A stretch of 64,000 nucleotides of DNA. It comes from Escherichia coli. GTDB lineage: Bacteria; Pseudomonadota; Gammaproteobacteria; Enterobacterales; Enterobacteriaceae. The stretch lies in the NCBI RefSeq assembly GCF_050320075.1, contig NZ_CP190018.1; one strand, 5' to 3'. Shown here piece after piece: positions 20,759 to 30,862 of the stretch. Within the stretch, counting starts at the first letter, position 1. Every line of letters starts with the position of its first letter. Made by a program: the position numbers and the translations under genes. The notes under the pieces were generated by a model that searched no databases, was not told where the DNA came from, and saw nothing but the letters and a program-made list of their open reading frames with translations.

Positions 20759-21277
20759 ATGTCCATCCGTTTTGCCCGCAAAGCGGACTGTGCTGCCATT
20801 GCGGAAATTTATAACCACGCCGTGTTGTATACGGCGGCTATCTGGAATGACCAAACGGTGGATGCAGATAACCGCATTGCCTGGTTCGAAGCGCGGACTT
20901 TAGCAGGTTATCCGGTGCTGGTGAGTGAAGAAGATGGCGTCGTTACAGGATATGCCTCGTTTGGCGACTGGCGTAGTTTCGATGGTTTTCGCCATACCGT
21001 GGAACATTCGGTTTATGTCCATCCCGATCATCAGGGCAAAGGTCTTGGGCGTAAATTGTTAAGCCGATTGATTGATGAAGCGCGGGATTGCGGGAAGCAT
21101 GTCATGGTCGCCGGGATCGAATCGCAAAATCAGGCGTCTTTGCATCTGCACCAGTCGTTGGGATTTGTCGTCACCGCACAAATGCCGCAGGTAGGCACTA
21201 AATTTGGGCGCTGGCTGGATCTGACATTTATGCAGTTGCAACTCGACGAGCGCACTGAACCGGACGCGATTGGATGA
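20759..21277 (+). CDS. mnaT: GNAT-family N-acetyltransferase (L-amino acid N-acyltransferase MnaT)
   Basis: 172 aa from MSIRFARKAD; acetyl-CoA motif QGKGLGRKLL. Confidence 0.85.
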   Translation: MSIRFARKADCAAIAEIYNHAVLYTAAIWNDQTVDADNRIAWFEARTLAGYPVLVSEEDGVVTGYASFGDWRSFDGFRHTVEHSVYVHPDHQGKGLGRKLLSRLIDEARDCGKHVMVAGIESQNQASLHLHQSLGFVVTAQMPQVGTKFGRWLDLTFMQLQLDERTEPDAIG

Positions 21278-21723
21278 ATCAGTCGCTTACCCTTGCTTTT
21301 TTGATTGCCGCCGGAATTGGTCTGGTAGTCCAGAACACGCTGATGGTGCGCATCACCCAGACCTCCTCTACCATTCTCATCGCCATGTTGCTGAACTCTT
21401 TGGTAGGAATTGTGCTGTTCGTTTCTATTTTATGGTTTAAACAAGGCATGGCGGGGTTTGGCGAACTGGTGTCCAGCGTGCGCTGGTGGACACTTATACC
21501 TGGCTTGCTGGGATCGTTTTTTGTCTTCGCCAGTATCAGCGGATATCAGAATGTGGGAGCGGCGACAACTATTGCGGCACTGGTCGCCAGCCAGCTGATT
21601 GGCGGTCTGGTGCTGGATATCTTCCGCAGCCATGGCGTACCACTACGGGCGTTGATCGGCCCAATTTGTGGCGCAATTTTACTTGTGGTTGGTGCCTGGC
21701 TGGTGGCCAGGCGCACATTTTAA
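21274..21723 (+). CDS. ydcZ: inner-membrane protein YdcZ (DMT-like)
   Basis: 149 aa hydrophobic; start overlaps mnaT stop (ATGA). Confidence 0.8.
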   Translation: MNQSLTLAFLIAAGIGLVVQNTLMVRITQTSSTILIAMLLNSLVGIVLFVSILWFKQGMAGFGELVSSVRWWTLIPGLLGSFFVFASISGYQNVGAATTIAALVASQLIGGLVLDIFRSHGVPLRALIGPICGAILLVVGAWLVARRTF

Positions 21724-21957
21724 TCAGAGGATGGTGCCACCTTTGGTTAACTGTTCGTGGCGCGCTTCCATATCTTCTTTATGCTTGCGACCGTGATGGG
21801 CGATCGCTGTGCGCAGACGCTGCTGCTGGGTGTAGCGATCTTCCCGACTTAACTCCGCGTCATCGCTCAGGGCGATTAATAATTCGTTCATATGGGCAAT
21901 GACGCTCTCTTCAATCGCGGCATCCACGCGCGCGATGACTTCATCCAGATGCGACAT
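21724..21957 (-). CDS. ydcY: small uncharacterised protein YdcY
   Basis: 77-aa ORF in the conserved position. Confidence 0.65.
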   Translation of the reverse strand: MSHLDEVIARVDAAIEESVIAHMNELLIALSDDAELSREDRYTQQQRLRTAIAHHGRKHKEDMEARHEQLTKGGTIL

Positions 21958-22042
21958 ACTTTCTCCTTAGCCACTTGTGAAATTTATCGATTCATCCAAA
22001 TGATATAAGTCTGCGTGGTGCCGTCAAGCCAGTGAGTAAGAT

Positions 22043-22216
22043 TTAAAACAGTGAAAACAACAGCGCCACCGGGAAACTCATCGGCCATGTTGCCCCCACC
22101 AGAAAGGCGCTTAAGAAACGGATGCGTTTCTTATCGTGAGAAAGAAACCAGGTGATAAGAAATGCGATTGCTGCCATAACCGCATAAAAAACAAGCATGT
22201 GTTGATAGAGAGACAT
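22043..22216 (-). CDS. ortT: small membrane toxin OrtT (YdcX), 57 aa
   Basis: MSLYQHMLVFYAVMAAIAFLITWFLSHDKK; ORF 22043..22291 trimmed to internal start. Confidence 0.7.
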   Translation of the reverse strand: MSLYQHMLVFYAVMAAIAFLITWFLSHDKKRIRFLSAFLVGATWPMSFPVALLFSLF

Positions 22217-22410
22217 GTACGGGCGTCCAGCCAGATGAATAAAACGCGCGCAAATATGCGTCATTTTTTGACGTGCATCAAGTTTTATCACCAGTTTGAG
22301 AAAAAATCATCAAACAGCAACTTGCCCTTATCCATCTTCAGAATGAGTATTATTGCGGATTTTCTTAACCCGTACTATACACATAGGGGCAATGATAAAA
22401 GGTGGCAAAA

Positions 22411-22506
22411 ATGAATGTTTCCAGTAGAACTGTAGTACTGATAAATGTCTTTGCTGCTGTTGGTTTGTTTACTCTTATCTCTATGAGATTTGGCTGGTTT
22501 ATTTGA
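22411..22506 (+). CDS. yncL: small membrane protein YncL (31 aa)
   Basis: MNVSSRTVVLINVFAAVGLFTLISMRFGWFI preceded by AAGGTGG Shine-Dalgarno; not in the ORF track (too short). Confidence 0.55.
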   Translation: MNVSSRTVVLINVFAAVGLFTLISMRFGWFI

Positions 22507-22602
22507 TGTAGTGATTTTGCACGCAGCACGTACTGTCAGAGAAATCAGTGCTCTGACAGTACGCAAGATCTTCTCATACTCTTACGATCTGCAATATTAT
22601 CC

Positions 22603-24027
22603 TTAATGTTTAACCATGACGTGGCGGACGACGGTGTAATCCTCCAGCCCATAAAGTGACATATCCTTGCCGTAACCAGAAAGTTTCTGCCCACCGTGCG
22701 GCATTTCACTTACCAGCATGAAATGGGTATTGACCCAGGTACAACCATATTGCAGCCGCGCGCTGACGCGATGCGCCCTGCCCACATCTTTCGTCCATAC
22801 CGAGGATGCAAGTCCGTACTGGCTGTCATTCGCCCAGTTCACCACCTGTTCTTCGTTGTCGAAGAGCGTAACACTCACTACCGGACCAAATACCTCTTTT
22901 TGCACGATGGCATCGTCCTGTAATGCGCCAGCCAGCAACGTCGGTGCATAGTAATAGCCATTACCCTTGCGCTTTTCACCACCGGTGATCACTTTGATGT
23001 GCCCTGTCGCTTTCGCCTCTTCTACCGCCTTGCTGACGCGTTCGAGATGCGCCAGCGAGCTTAAAGGTCCAAGCTCCGTAGACTCGTCATCCGGTGCACC
23101 CGATTTTAACGTTGCCACTGCAGCACCGAGTTTTTCCACCAGCGTATCGTAAATACCTTTTTGCGCGTAGATCCGACAAGCCGCAGTACAATCCTGTCCG
23201 GCATTGTAATAGCCAAAAGTACGTACACCTTCGACCACCGCTTCAATATCCGCATCATCAAAAACTATCACTGGCGCTTTGCCTCCAAGTTCCATATGAG
23301 TACGCTTTATGGACGGCGCGGTATGGCTGATGATGTGCTCGCCAGTGGCGATAGAGCCCGTCAGCGACACCATCCGTACTTTGGGATGTCCGGTCAGCGG
23401 ATCTCCCACCGTTTTGCCTCTGCCAAACAGTACGTTAATCACGCCTGCCGGGAAGATATCTTTCGCCAGCTCTGCCAACTTCAACGCGGTCAGCGGGGTA
23501 ATTTCTGATGGTTTAAGCACTACACAGTTCCCTGCCGCCAGCGCCGGAGCCAGTTTCCACGCGGCCATCATCAGCGGATAATTCCACGGTGCGATCGAAG
23601 CCACGACCCCCAACGGATCGCGACGGATCATCGAAGTATGACCTTCAAGATATTCACCTGCCGCCAGACCATTCAGACAGCGCGCCGCACCAGCGAAAAA
23701 GCGAAAAACATCGACAATCGCCGGGATTTCATCATTGAACGCACTATGCAGCGGTTTGCCACAATTACGGGACTCCAGTTCGGCAAAAACCTGACCATTT
23801 TCTTCGATAACATCAGCCAGTTTCAGCAGACATTCCGCACGCACTTTCGGCGTGGTTTGCCCCCATTCGGCAAATGCTGCATCTGCCGCGCGCACAGCAG
23901 CATCGACCTGCTCTGCGGATGCCTCGGCAATCTCCAGTAAAACGTCCCCCGTTGCCGGATTATAGACAGGCTGTTTTTCCCCTTCGCCGCTAACCAGTTC
24001 TCCGTTAATCAGTAACTTATGTTGCAT
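22603..24027 (-). CDS. patD: gamma-aminobutyraldehyde dehydrogenase (aldehyde dehydrogenase family)
   Basis: 474 aa; ALDH motifs including catalytic Cys region GQDCTAA and ELGGKAP. Confidence 0.9.
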   Translation of the reverse strand: MQHKLLINGELVSGEGEKQPVYNPATGDVLLEIAEASAEQVDAAVRAADAAFAEWGQTTPKVRAECLLKLADVIEENGQVFAELESRNCGKPLHSAFNDEIPAIVDVFRFFAGAARCLNGLAAGEYLEGHTSMIRRDPLGVVASIAPWNYPLMMAAWKLAPALAAGNCVVLKPSEITPLTALKLAELAKDIFPAGVINVLFGRGKTVGDPLTGHPKVRMVSLTGSIATGEHIISHTAPSIKRTHMELGGKAPVIVFDDADIEAVVEGVRTFGYYNAGQDCTAACRIYAQKGIYDTLVEKLGAAVATLKSGAPDDESTELGPLSSLAHLERVSKAVEEAKATGHIKVITGGEKRKGNGYYYAPTLLAGALQDDAIVQKEVFGPVVSVTLFDNEEQVVNWANDSQYGLASSVWTKDVGRAHRVSARLQYGCTWVNTHFMLVSEMPHGGQKLSGYGKDMSLYGLEDYTVVRHVMVKH

Positions 24028-24048
24028 AGCATATTCCTGTATCAGTGG

Positions 24049-24843
24049 TTATTGACCATTGTCGCCTTCGCGGGTTAGCCACCAGGCCCCCAGGATCGGC
24101 AAGGTTGTTACCAACATAACCAGCAGTGCCACCACGTTGGTTACCGGTACATCACGCGGTCGCCCAAGCTGATTGAGCAACCACAACGGTAACGTTCGTT
24201 CATGACCTGCCGTAAAGGTCGTCACGATGATTTCATCGAACGACAAGGCAAACGCCAGCATTCCTCCTGCCAGTAACGCCGAACTGAGATTCGGCAACAC
24301 TACGTAGCGGAAGGTTTGCCAGCCATTGGCCCCAAGATCCATTGACGCCTCAACCAGACTCCACGAGGTGCGGCGAAAACGGGCGATGACATTGTTAAAC
24401 ACCACAACTACACAAAAAGTCGCATGACCGACCACGATGGTGAAAAATCCCGGCTCCAGATTGATGGTTTTAAAGGCGGTTAACAACGCCAGACCAGTGA
24501 CAATGCCCGGCAGCGCAATGGGCAGCAGCAGTAACAGCGAAATGGCGTTTTTGCCGCAAAAGTCTCGTCGCCACAGCGCGGCAGCGGCCAGCGTCCCTAA
24601 CACCAGCGCCATTAATGTCGCCAGCGCCGCCACTTTAAGTGACAGTGTCACGGCATCAAGAATATCACTACGCTGTGCTGCCACGCTAAACCAGCGCAGC
24701 GTCAGGCCCTGCGGTGGAAAACTAAACGCCGCATCTTCAGTGTTAAACGCATAGGCGGCGATAATCAGGATGGGAAAATGTAGGAAAACCACGCCGCCCC
24801 AGGCCGCCAGTTTGAGGAAAAACGGTGCGCGTTCAGAGTGCAT
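24049..24843 (-). CDS. ydcV: ABC transporter permease
   Basis: 264 aa polytopic; last gene of the ydcSTUV cluster. Confidence 0.85.
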   Translation of the reverse strand: MHSERAPFFLKLAAWGGVVFLHFPILIIAAYAFNTEDAAFSFPPQGLTLRWFSVAAQRSDILDAVTLSLKVAALATLMALVLGTLAAAALWRRDFCGKNAISLLLLLPIALPGIVTGLALLTAFKTINLEPGFFTIVVGHATFCVVVVFNNVIARFRRTSWSLVEASMDLGANGWQTFRYVVLPNLSSALLAGGMLAFALSFDEIIVTTFTAGHERTLPLWLLNQLGRPRDVPVTNVVALLVMLVTTLPILGAWWLTREGDNGQ

Positions 24844-25774
24844 CGAACGCTCCCAGACGTTTCACGAACGCCAGGTACAGTGCGATGAGAACAATCGGCA
24901 CCAGGGTGAATGCCGCCGCCATCGGCATATTGCCAATCGCTCCCTGCTGGGAATAAACCATATTGCCGATAAAATATCCTGGAGGGCCAACCAGCTGCGG
25001 AACAATAAAATCGCCCAGTGTGAGTGAAAAGGTAAAGATAGAGCCAGCGGCAATACCAGGGATTGCCAGCGGCAGCACCACATAGCGAAAGGTTTGCCGT
25101 GGACGCGCGCCAAGATCAGCCGACGCCTGCAACAATGACGGCGGCAAACGCTCAAGCGCCGCCTGCACGGGCAGGATCATGAACGGCAGCCAGATATAGA
25201 GAAACACCAGAAAGCGCCCCAGCCCGGAAGTTGACAGCGTATTGCCGCCCACCGCAGGTAATGTAAGGAACGCAGTCAGCAGTGGTTCCAGCCCAAGATG
25301 TTGTAAAAACCACTGAGCCACGCCATCTTTTGCCAGCAATAACGTCCAGGCATAGGCTTTAACAATGTAGCTCGCCCACATCGGCAACATTACCGCAATA
25401 TAAAAAAACGCTTTCATTTTCCCGCTGGTATAGCGCGCCATATACCACGCCATTGGAAAAGCCAGAATGGCGCTGGCGATAGTGACTGCCACAGCCATAG
25501 TCAGCGTGCGGAGAATGATGTCGTAATTCGCCGGATTAAACAGCGCACGGATATTCGCCAGCGTCAGTTCCGGCGTTACCGACATGGTGAAATCGTCAAA
25601 GGTATAAAATCCCTGCCATAACAGTGTCAGCAGCGAGCCGAAATAGACAATGCCAAACCACATTAGCGGGCCAAGCAGCAGTAAAAACAGCCCCAGCCCC
25701 GGATTACGCCAGAAGAAACCGGACACCTTACCCAGACCTGGACGTGAAGGTGATTGCAATACATTCATCGCCAT
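24833..25774 (-). CDS. ydcU: ABC transporter permease
   Basis: 313 aa polytopic; overlaps ydcV start by 11 bp. Confidence 0.85.
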   Translation of the reverse strand: MAMNVLQSPSRPGLGKVSGFFWRNPGLGLFLLLLGPLMWFGIVYFGSLLTLLWQGFYTFDDFTMSVTPELTLANIRALFNPANYDIILRTLTMAVAVTIASAILAFPMAWYMARYTSGKMKAFFYIAVMLPMWASYIVKAYAWTLLLAKDGVAQWFLQHLGLEPLLTAFLTLPAVGGNTLSTSGLGRFLVFLYIWLPFMILPVQAALERLPPSLLQASADLGARPRQTFRYVVLPLAIPGIAAGSIFTFSLTLGDFIVPQLVGPPGYFIGNMVYSQQGAIGNMPMAAAFTLVPIVLIALYLAFVKRLGAFDAL

Positions 25775-26788
25775 TCACCTCTCCTCAACCAGCGGCACCA
25801 TCACATCACGCGACCAGGAAACCATCACCTGTTGTCCGGGCGTGAGCGTGGCAGGCAGTTCTTCGCCTGTCATATTGGCCTGACTCACAAGCAGTTTTTC
25901 ACCGCCGTTCAATTTCAGTTCAAAACGTGTTGCCGCGCCCTGATATTGCACCGCCTGGATCGTGCCATTGGTCTGCAGTTCACCAGGGGTGTTGAGGCGG
26001 ATATGTTCCGGTCGCAGGGCGAAGCTTCCCGTCATGCCACAAAGTTTCTCTGCCATCAGTCCATCAAAAACATTCGATGTACCAACGAACCCGGCAACAA
26101 ACGGCGTGCGCGGGCGCATATAGAGATCGCGCGGGGAATCGACCTGCTCAATGCGTCCATTATTGAAAACCGCCACACGATCGGACATCGATAACGCTTC
26201 GCCCTGATCGTGGGTAACGAAGATAAAAGTGATACCGAGAGACTGTTGCAGTTTTTTCAGTTCCAGCTGCATCTGCTCACGCAATTTGAGATCCAGTGCG
26301 CCGAGCGGTTCATCCAGCAATAACACACGCGGTTCGTTCACCAGTGCTCTGGCGATGGCGACTCGCTGGCGCTGACCACCAGAAAGTTGTGACGGTTTGC
26401 GTTGCTGTACAAACCCCAATGCCACTTTCTCCAGCGCCTCTTGCGCCATCGCATGCCGCTGTTTTTTATTCACGCCTTTGACCATCAGACCATAGGCGAC
26501 GTTGTCAAGAATCGACATATGCGGAAATAGTGCGTAGTCCTGGAAGACAGTATTCACGTCCCGCTCCCACGGTGGCAGATTGCTGGCGGGTTTACCAAAG
26601 ATAGAGATAGCCCCGCCGGAAAGCTGTTCGAAGCCAGCAATCAGGCGCAGGCAGGTGGTTTTGCCGGAGCCGGACGGCCCCAGCATAGAGAAGAACTCAC
26701 CATCTTTTATCGCAATACTGACGCCATCTACTGCGCGCACGTCACCGTACAACCGCGAGACGTTGCCAAACTCCACTGCGTACGTCAT
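25775..26788 (-). CDS. ydcT: ABC transporter ATP-binding protein
   Basis: Walker A GPSGSGKTT, signature LSGGQRQR, Walker B LLLDEP. Confidence 0.9.
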   Translation of the reverse strand: MTYAVEFGNVSRLYGDVRAVDGVSIAIKDGEFFSMLGPSGSGKTTCLRLIAGFEQLSGGAISIFGKPASNLPPWERDVNTVFQDYALFPHMSILDNVAYGLMVKGVNKKQRHAMAQEALEKVALGFVQQRKPSQLSGGQRQRVAIARALVNEPRVLLLDEPLGALDLKLREQMQLELKKLQQSLGITFIFVTHDQGEALSMSDRVAVFNNGRIEQVDSPRDLYMRPRTPFVAGFVGTSNVFDGLMAEKLCGMTGSFALRPEHIRLNTPGELQTNGTIQAVQYQGAATRFELKLNGGEKLLVSQANMTGEELPATLTPGQQVMVSWSRDVMVPLVEER

Positions 26789-26805
26789 AAAACACCCCAG
26801 CGAAG

Positions 26806-27951
26806 TTAGCGACCGCCCATAATGGCAATGTAATCCTGCGTCCAGCGACTGTAGGGAACAAACTTGCCCCCTTCTGCTATAGGTGTTTTCCAGAAGGCGA
26901 TTTTATCGAAATAGTTAAAACCGTTTGTTTCACACCCTTTCTCGCCTAATAACGGACTGGCTTTACACCCTTCCGGCACTACCGGTAACGAGCCAAACCA
27001 GGCCGCCACATCGCCCTGCACTTTTGGCGTTAATGACCAGTTCATCCATTTGTAGGCGCAAACCGGATGTTTCGCTTCACTATGTAGCATGGTGGTGTCA
27101 GCCCAACCGGTAACGCCCTCTTTCGGGAATAGGGTCGCGACAGGCTGGCCTTCGGCTTTCAGGGCGTTGGCCTGATAGGGCCATGCACTGGAAGCAACCA
27201 CACCCTCGTTTTTGAAATCGCTCATTTGCACGGTAGTGTCATGCCAGTAGCGATGGATCAAACTATGTTGATCGCGCAGCACTTTCAGCACCGCCTGGTA
27301 CTGTTCTTCGGTGAGTTGATACGGATCGCTGATGCCCAACTGCGGCTGAGTGGCTTTAACGAACAACGCAGCGTCCGCAATGTAGATAGGGCCATCATAA
27401 GCCTGAACGCGGCCTTTATTGCTCTTGCCGTCCGGCAGATTCTGCTCAACAAAAACCACTTGCCAGCTATCCGGCGGCGTCGGGAAGGTTTTAGTGTTGT
27501 ACATCAACAGGTTCGGACCCCATTGGTAAGGTGTGCCATAAACTTTGCCACTAACGTTAAACCAGTCGCCTTTAACCACGCGCGGATCGAGCGTTTTCCA
27601 GTTGGGAATCAATGCGGTATTAATCGGCTGCACGCGTTTGCCCATAATCAGGCGCAGCGAGGCATCGCCGGATGCCGTAACCAGATCGTAACCCCCTTTG
27701 GTCATCAGACTGACCATTTCATCGGAAGTCGCGGCGGTTTTCACATTCACCGCGCAGCCAGTCTCTTTTTCGAATTGCGTTACCCAGTCGTATTGTTTAT
27801 CAGTTTGTCCGCGTTCGATGTATCCCGGCCAGGCGATAATATCCAGTCGCCCTTCCGGTTTATCTAAATTGGTAGGTGGTTCGGCGGCGTGAGCGGTCAT
27901 TATTGTCATGGTGAGCGCACACAGGCTGCTGCGGGCAAATGTCTTGCTCAT
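26806..27951 (-). CDS. ydcS: periplasmic substrate-binding protein of a polyamine-type ABC transporter
   Basis: 381 aa with signal peptide; PotD/PotF-like. Confidence 0.85.
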   Translation of the reverse strand: MSKTFARSSLCALTMTIMTAHAAEPPTNLDKPEGRLDIIAWPGYIERGQTDKQYDWVTQFEKETGCAVNVKTAATSDEMVSLMTKGGYDLVTASGDASLRLIMGKRVQPINTALIPNWKTLDPRVVKGDWFNVSGKVYGTPYQWGPNLLMYNTKTFPTPPDSWQVVFVEQNLPDGKSNKGRVQAYDGPIYIADAALFVKATQPQLGISDPYQLTEEQYQAVLKVLRDQHSLIHRYWHDTTVQMSDFKNEGVVASSAWPYQANALKAEGQPVATLFPKEGVTGWADTTMLHSEAKHPVCAYKWMNWSLTPKVQGDVAAWFGSLPVVPEGCKASPLLGEKGCETNGFNYFDKIAFWKTPIAEGGKFVPYSRWTQDYIAIMGGR

Positions 27952-28195
27952 AAAGTCTTACTCCTGTCGTAATTAATTGTTCAGCCGCCGTGCCGTAAAA
28001 ATATCTCCTTGTTTAACCATAGACGGCGGCTAGCAGGCACACCTTCGCCCCTGAGAAAATTTAATCAGGTTGTGAGCTACCGCGCATTATGCCGTCTGTA
28101 AGGTTATCTTCTGGAGTATAGACAAGGAGTTAGGAAATATGACTGCTATTCGAAATTCATATTACTTAACCTGAGAGGAATTAAATTAAACGCTA

Positions 28196-29602
28196 TTACA
28201 GTCGTTCTTGAATAAGTTTGCCTAATTGTTTAACCGCCTGTTCTTCGCGCTCGCCCCACTGCCACGCGGTATTAAAACGGAAAAAACGTGACCAGTTTTC
28301 ACCGGTAGAAAACATTTTACCCGGCGCAATACTGATATGATGCGTCAGTGCTGCCAGGCTTAATTCGCCCGCATCTAACGGCGCGGGGAGCTCCAGCCAG
28401 AGAAAATAACCGCTGTCATTATGATGAATTTTCACTTCCGCAGGCAGATAACGCAGCAGTGCCTGCCAGGCACGTTGTTTACGCTCCGCAAGCTGGCGAC
28501 GCAAGCGACGAAGATGGGCGTCGTATCGGCGCGTGGAAAGGTAATCCACCAGAGCAAGCTGCATCGGTGAGCTGGTGGAAAGCGTACTCATCAACTGCAA
28601 GCGTTGAATTTTACGTGCATGTTTTCCGGCGGCGACCCAACCAATACGAAAACCAGGCACCAGACATTTCGAAAACGAAGAGCAATGCAAAACGCCATCG
28701 TGGCGATCCCACGCTTTCGCAGGCAGCGGTTTTTCCCGTCCAAAATAAAGTTCGCTGTACACGTCATCTTCAATCAGCGTTACGTTGTACTGATTGAGCA
28801 ACGCTACCAGCCGCGCTTTTTTCTGCGGCGTTAAGGTAAATCCGAGTGGATTCTGGCTATTAGTCATCAGCCAGCACGCTTTCACCGGATACTCCTGCAA
28901 CGCCAGTTCCAGCGCCTTGAGATCAATCCCTTCTTTAACGTCCGTCGCCACCGATAACGCCTTCAGCCGTAACCGCTCCAGCGCCTGCAACGCGCCGTAG
29001 AAACAAGGATTCTCTACTATCACCCAATCGCCCGGTTCAGTGACCGCTTGTAAACTGAGGTTTAATGCCTCTAACGCCCCGGCGGTAATGACAATTTCAT
29101 CAGGAGAAATAGTGATGCCCTGTAAGGCATAGCGACGAGCAATAGCCTGACGCAGTTCTGCGTTTCCTGGCGGTAAGTTTTCAATCACGCTCATCGCCGT
29201 GGCGGTTTTGCTTACCTGCGCCAGCGAGCGGTTGAGTTGTTGGAGGGGGAAAAGTCGCGGGTCGGGAAAGGCCGAGGCAAACGGAACTACCGACGGATCG
29301 CGACTGGCCTGCAACATATCAAAAATATAGGTGTTGATATCGACTGCTTCATCTCGAGTGACAGGAATGACTGGCGCTTTCGGCATTTTTATTGCCTGTG
29401 GCGCAACGTAATAACCCGACTGCGGTCGCGCGATAATATATCCCTGACTTTCGAGCAACTGATAGGCATGGCTCACGGTCATAAAGCTCATGCCAGAAAG
29501 CGCCACCTGGTCACGCAACGAAGGCAAACGATCGCCAGGTTGCCAGATACCCGACGCAATCTGCTCGCGTAATTGTTCTGCAAGCTGCTGGTATTTTTTC
29601 AT
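28196..29602 (-). CDS. ydcR: MocR/GntR-family regulator with aminotransferase-like domain
   Basis: 468 aa; N-terminal GntR helix-turn-helix plus class-I aminotransferase fold. Confidence 0.85.
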   Translation of the reverse strand: MKKYQQLAEQLREQIASGIWQPGDRLPSLRDQVALSGMSFMTVSHAYQLLESQGYIIARPQSGYYVAPQAIKMPKAPVIPVTRDEAVDINTYIFDMLQASRDPSVVPFASAFPDPRLFPLQQLNRSLAQVSKTATAMSVIENLPPGNAELRQAIARRYALQGITISPDEIVITAGALEALNLSLQAVTEPGDWVIVENPCFYGALQALERLRLKALSVATDVKEGIDLKALELALQEYPVKACWLMTNSQNPLGFTLTPQKKARLVALLNQYNVTLIEDDVYSELYFGREKPLPAKAWDRHDGVLHCSSFSKCLVPGFRIGWVAAGKHARKIQRLQLMSTLSTSSPMQLALVDYLSTRRYDAHLRRLRRQLAERKQRAWQALLRYLPAEVKIHHNDSGYFLWLELPAPLDAGELSLAALTHHISIAPGKMFSTGENWSRFFRFNTAWQWGEREEQAVKQLGKLIQERL

Positions 29603-29680
29603 TATCGAATCGTAATTATGTGCAGATGATTCGGCAGTCTATATCAGTTGTTAAAAATGACAACTTTTCGTTAACTGTAA

Positions 29681-30097
<417 letters not shown>

Positions 30098-30142
30098 AAT
30101 TTCGACTGTCTCTCGCATGTCATTAACCTTTTTAATTGGCGA

Positions 30143-30319
30143 TTAACTCAAACCGAGTTGTTTCAGAATGGCTTTACGCAATGGTTCTTTAATCTCTTCG
30201 CTGGGGTGACGCGGCATGACACTGCGCCTCCCGTGAAACCTGAGTTTTAAATGGTTGCTGCCATTCGCTACATCGACGCCCTGAGATTCGAGCCAACGTC
30301 TGAACTCGCTTTGTTTCAC
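30143..30319 (-). CDS. hicA: HicA mRNA-interferase toxin (58 aa), apparent GTG start
   Basis: Translation (M)KQSEFRRWLESQGVDVANGSNHLKLRFHGRRSVMPRHPSEEIKEPLRKAILKQLGLS; GGGAGG Shine-Dalgarno 4 nt upstream; not in the ORF track (too short). Confidence 0.7.
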   Translation of the reverse strand: MKQSEFRRWLESQGVDVANGSNHLKLRFHGRRSVMPRHPSEEIKEPLRKAILKQLGLS

Positions 30320-30540
30320 ATCGCCTCCCTGCCGCTGAGTATATCAACAAAGTAAACATTAGTGTTTACCTCCGTGTGTAATTTGCTCGAAAATAGCACT
30401 AAATCGCCGCAACGGCAGAATGCAATGCAAAATCAGGAAGGAAGATTCCATAATTTCTTTGCGCTAATTTGCAAAACTGAATAATAACCTCAAGAAACGA
30501 TCGGCATCATAGCGGCAAAAGGTAAGAAAAAGGTGGCAGG

Positions 30541-30771
30541 ATGTTTACGAAGGCGTTATCGGTTGTCTTATTAACGTGTGCGCTGTTCTCAGGACAACTC
30601 ATGGCAGGGCACAAAGGACATGAATTTGTGTGGGTAAAGAATGTGGATCATCAGCTGCGTCATGAAGCGGACAGCGATGAATTGCGTGCTGTGGCGGAAG
30701 AGTCGGCGGAAGGTTTGCGCGAGCATTTTTACTGGCAACAATCGCGCAAACCAGAAGCGGGACAACGTTGA
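30541..30771 (+). CDS. yncJ: small secreted protein YncJ
   Basis: 76 aa with signal peptide. Confidence 0.6.
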   Translation: MFTKALSVVLLTCALFSGQLMAGHKGHEFVWVKNVDHQLRHEADSDELRAVAEESAEGLREHFYWQQSRKPEAGQR

Positions 30772-30862
30772 GTCATTTATTGCCGGATGCGGCGTGACGC
30801 CTTACCCGGCCAACAATATCATGCAGATTCAATAAGTTGTGAGTAACCAGAAAACTGGCATT

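Noticed and set aside
22530-22562. Inverted repeat GTACTGTCAGAG...CTCTGACAGTAC after yncL, considered as a terminator
   Set aside because: No clear U-tract on either strand; it may be a protein-binding palindrome or a REP-like element, and I cannot support a specific call.
27226-27867. Long ORFs antisense to ydcS (27226..27867), ydcP (32054..32794), hrpA (58560..59180) and aldA (50433..51071)
   Set aside because: Each lies entirely within and opposite a confidently identified gene and has no recognisable domain.
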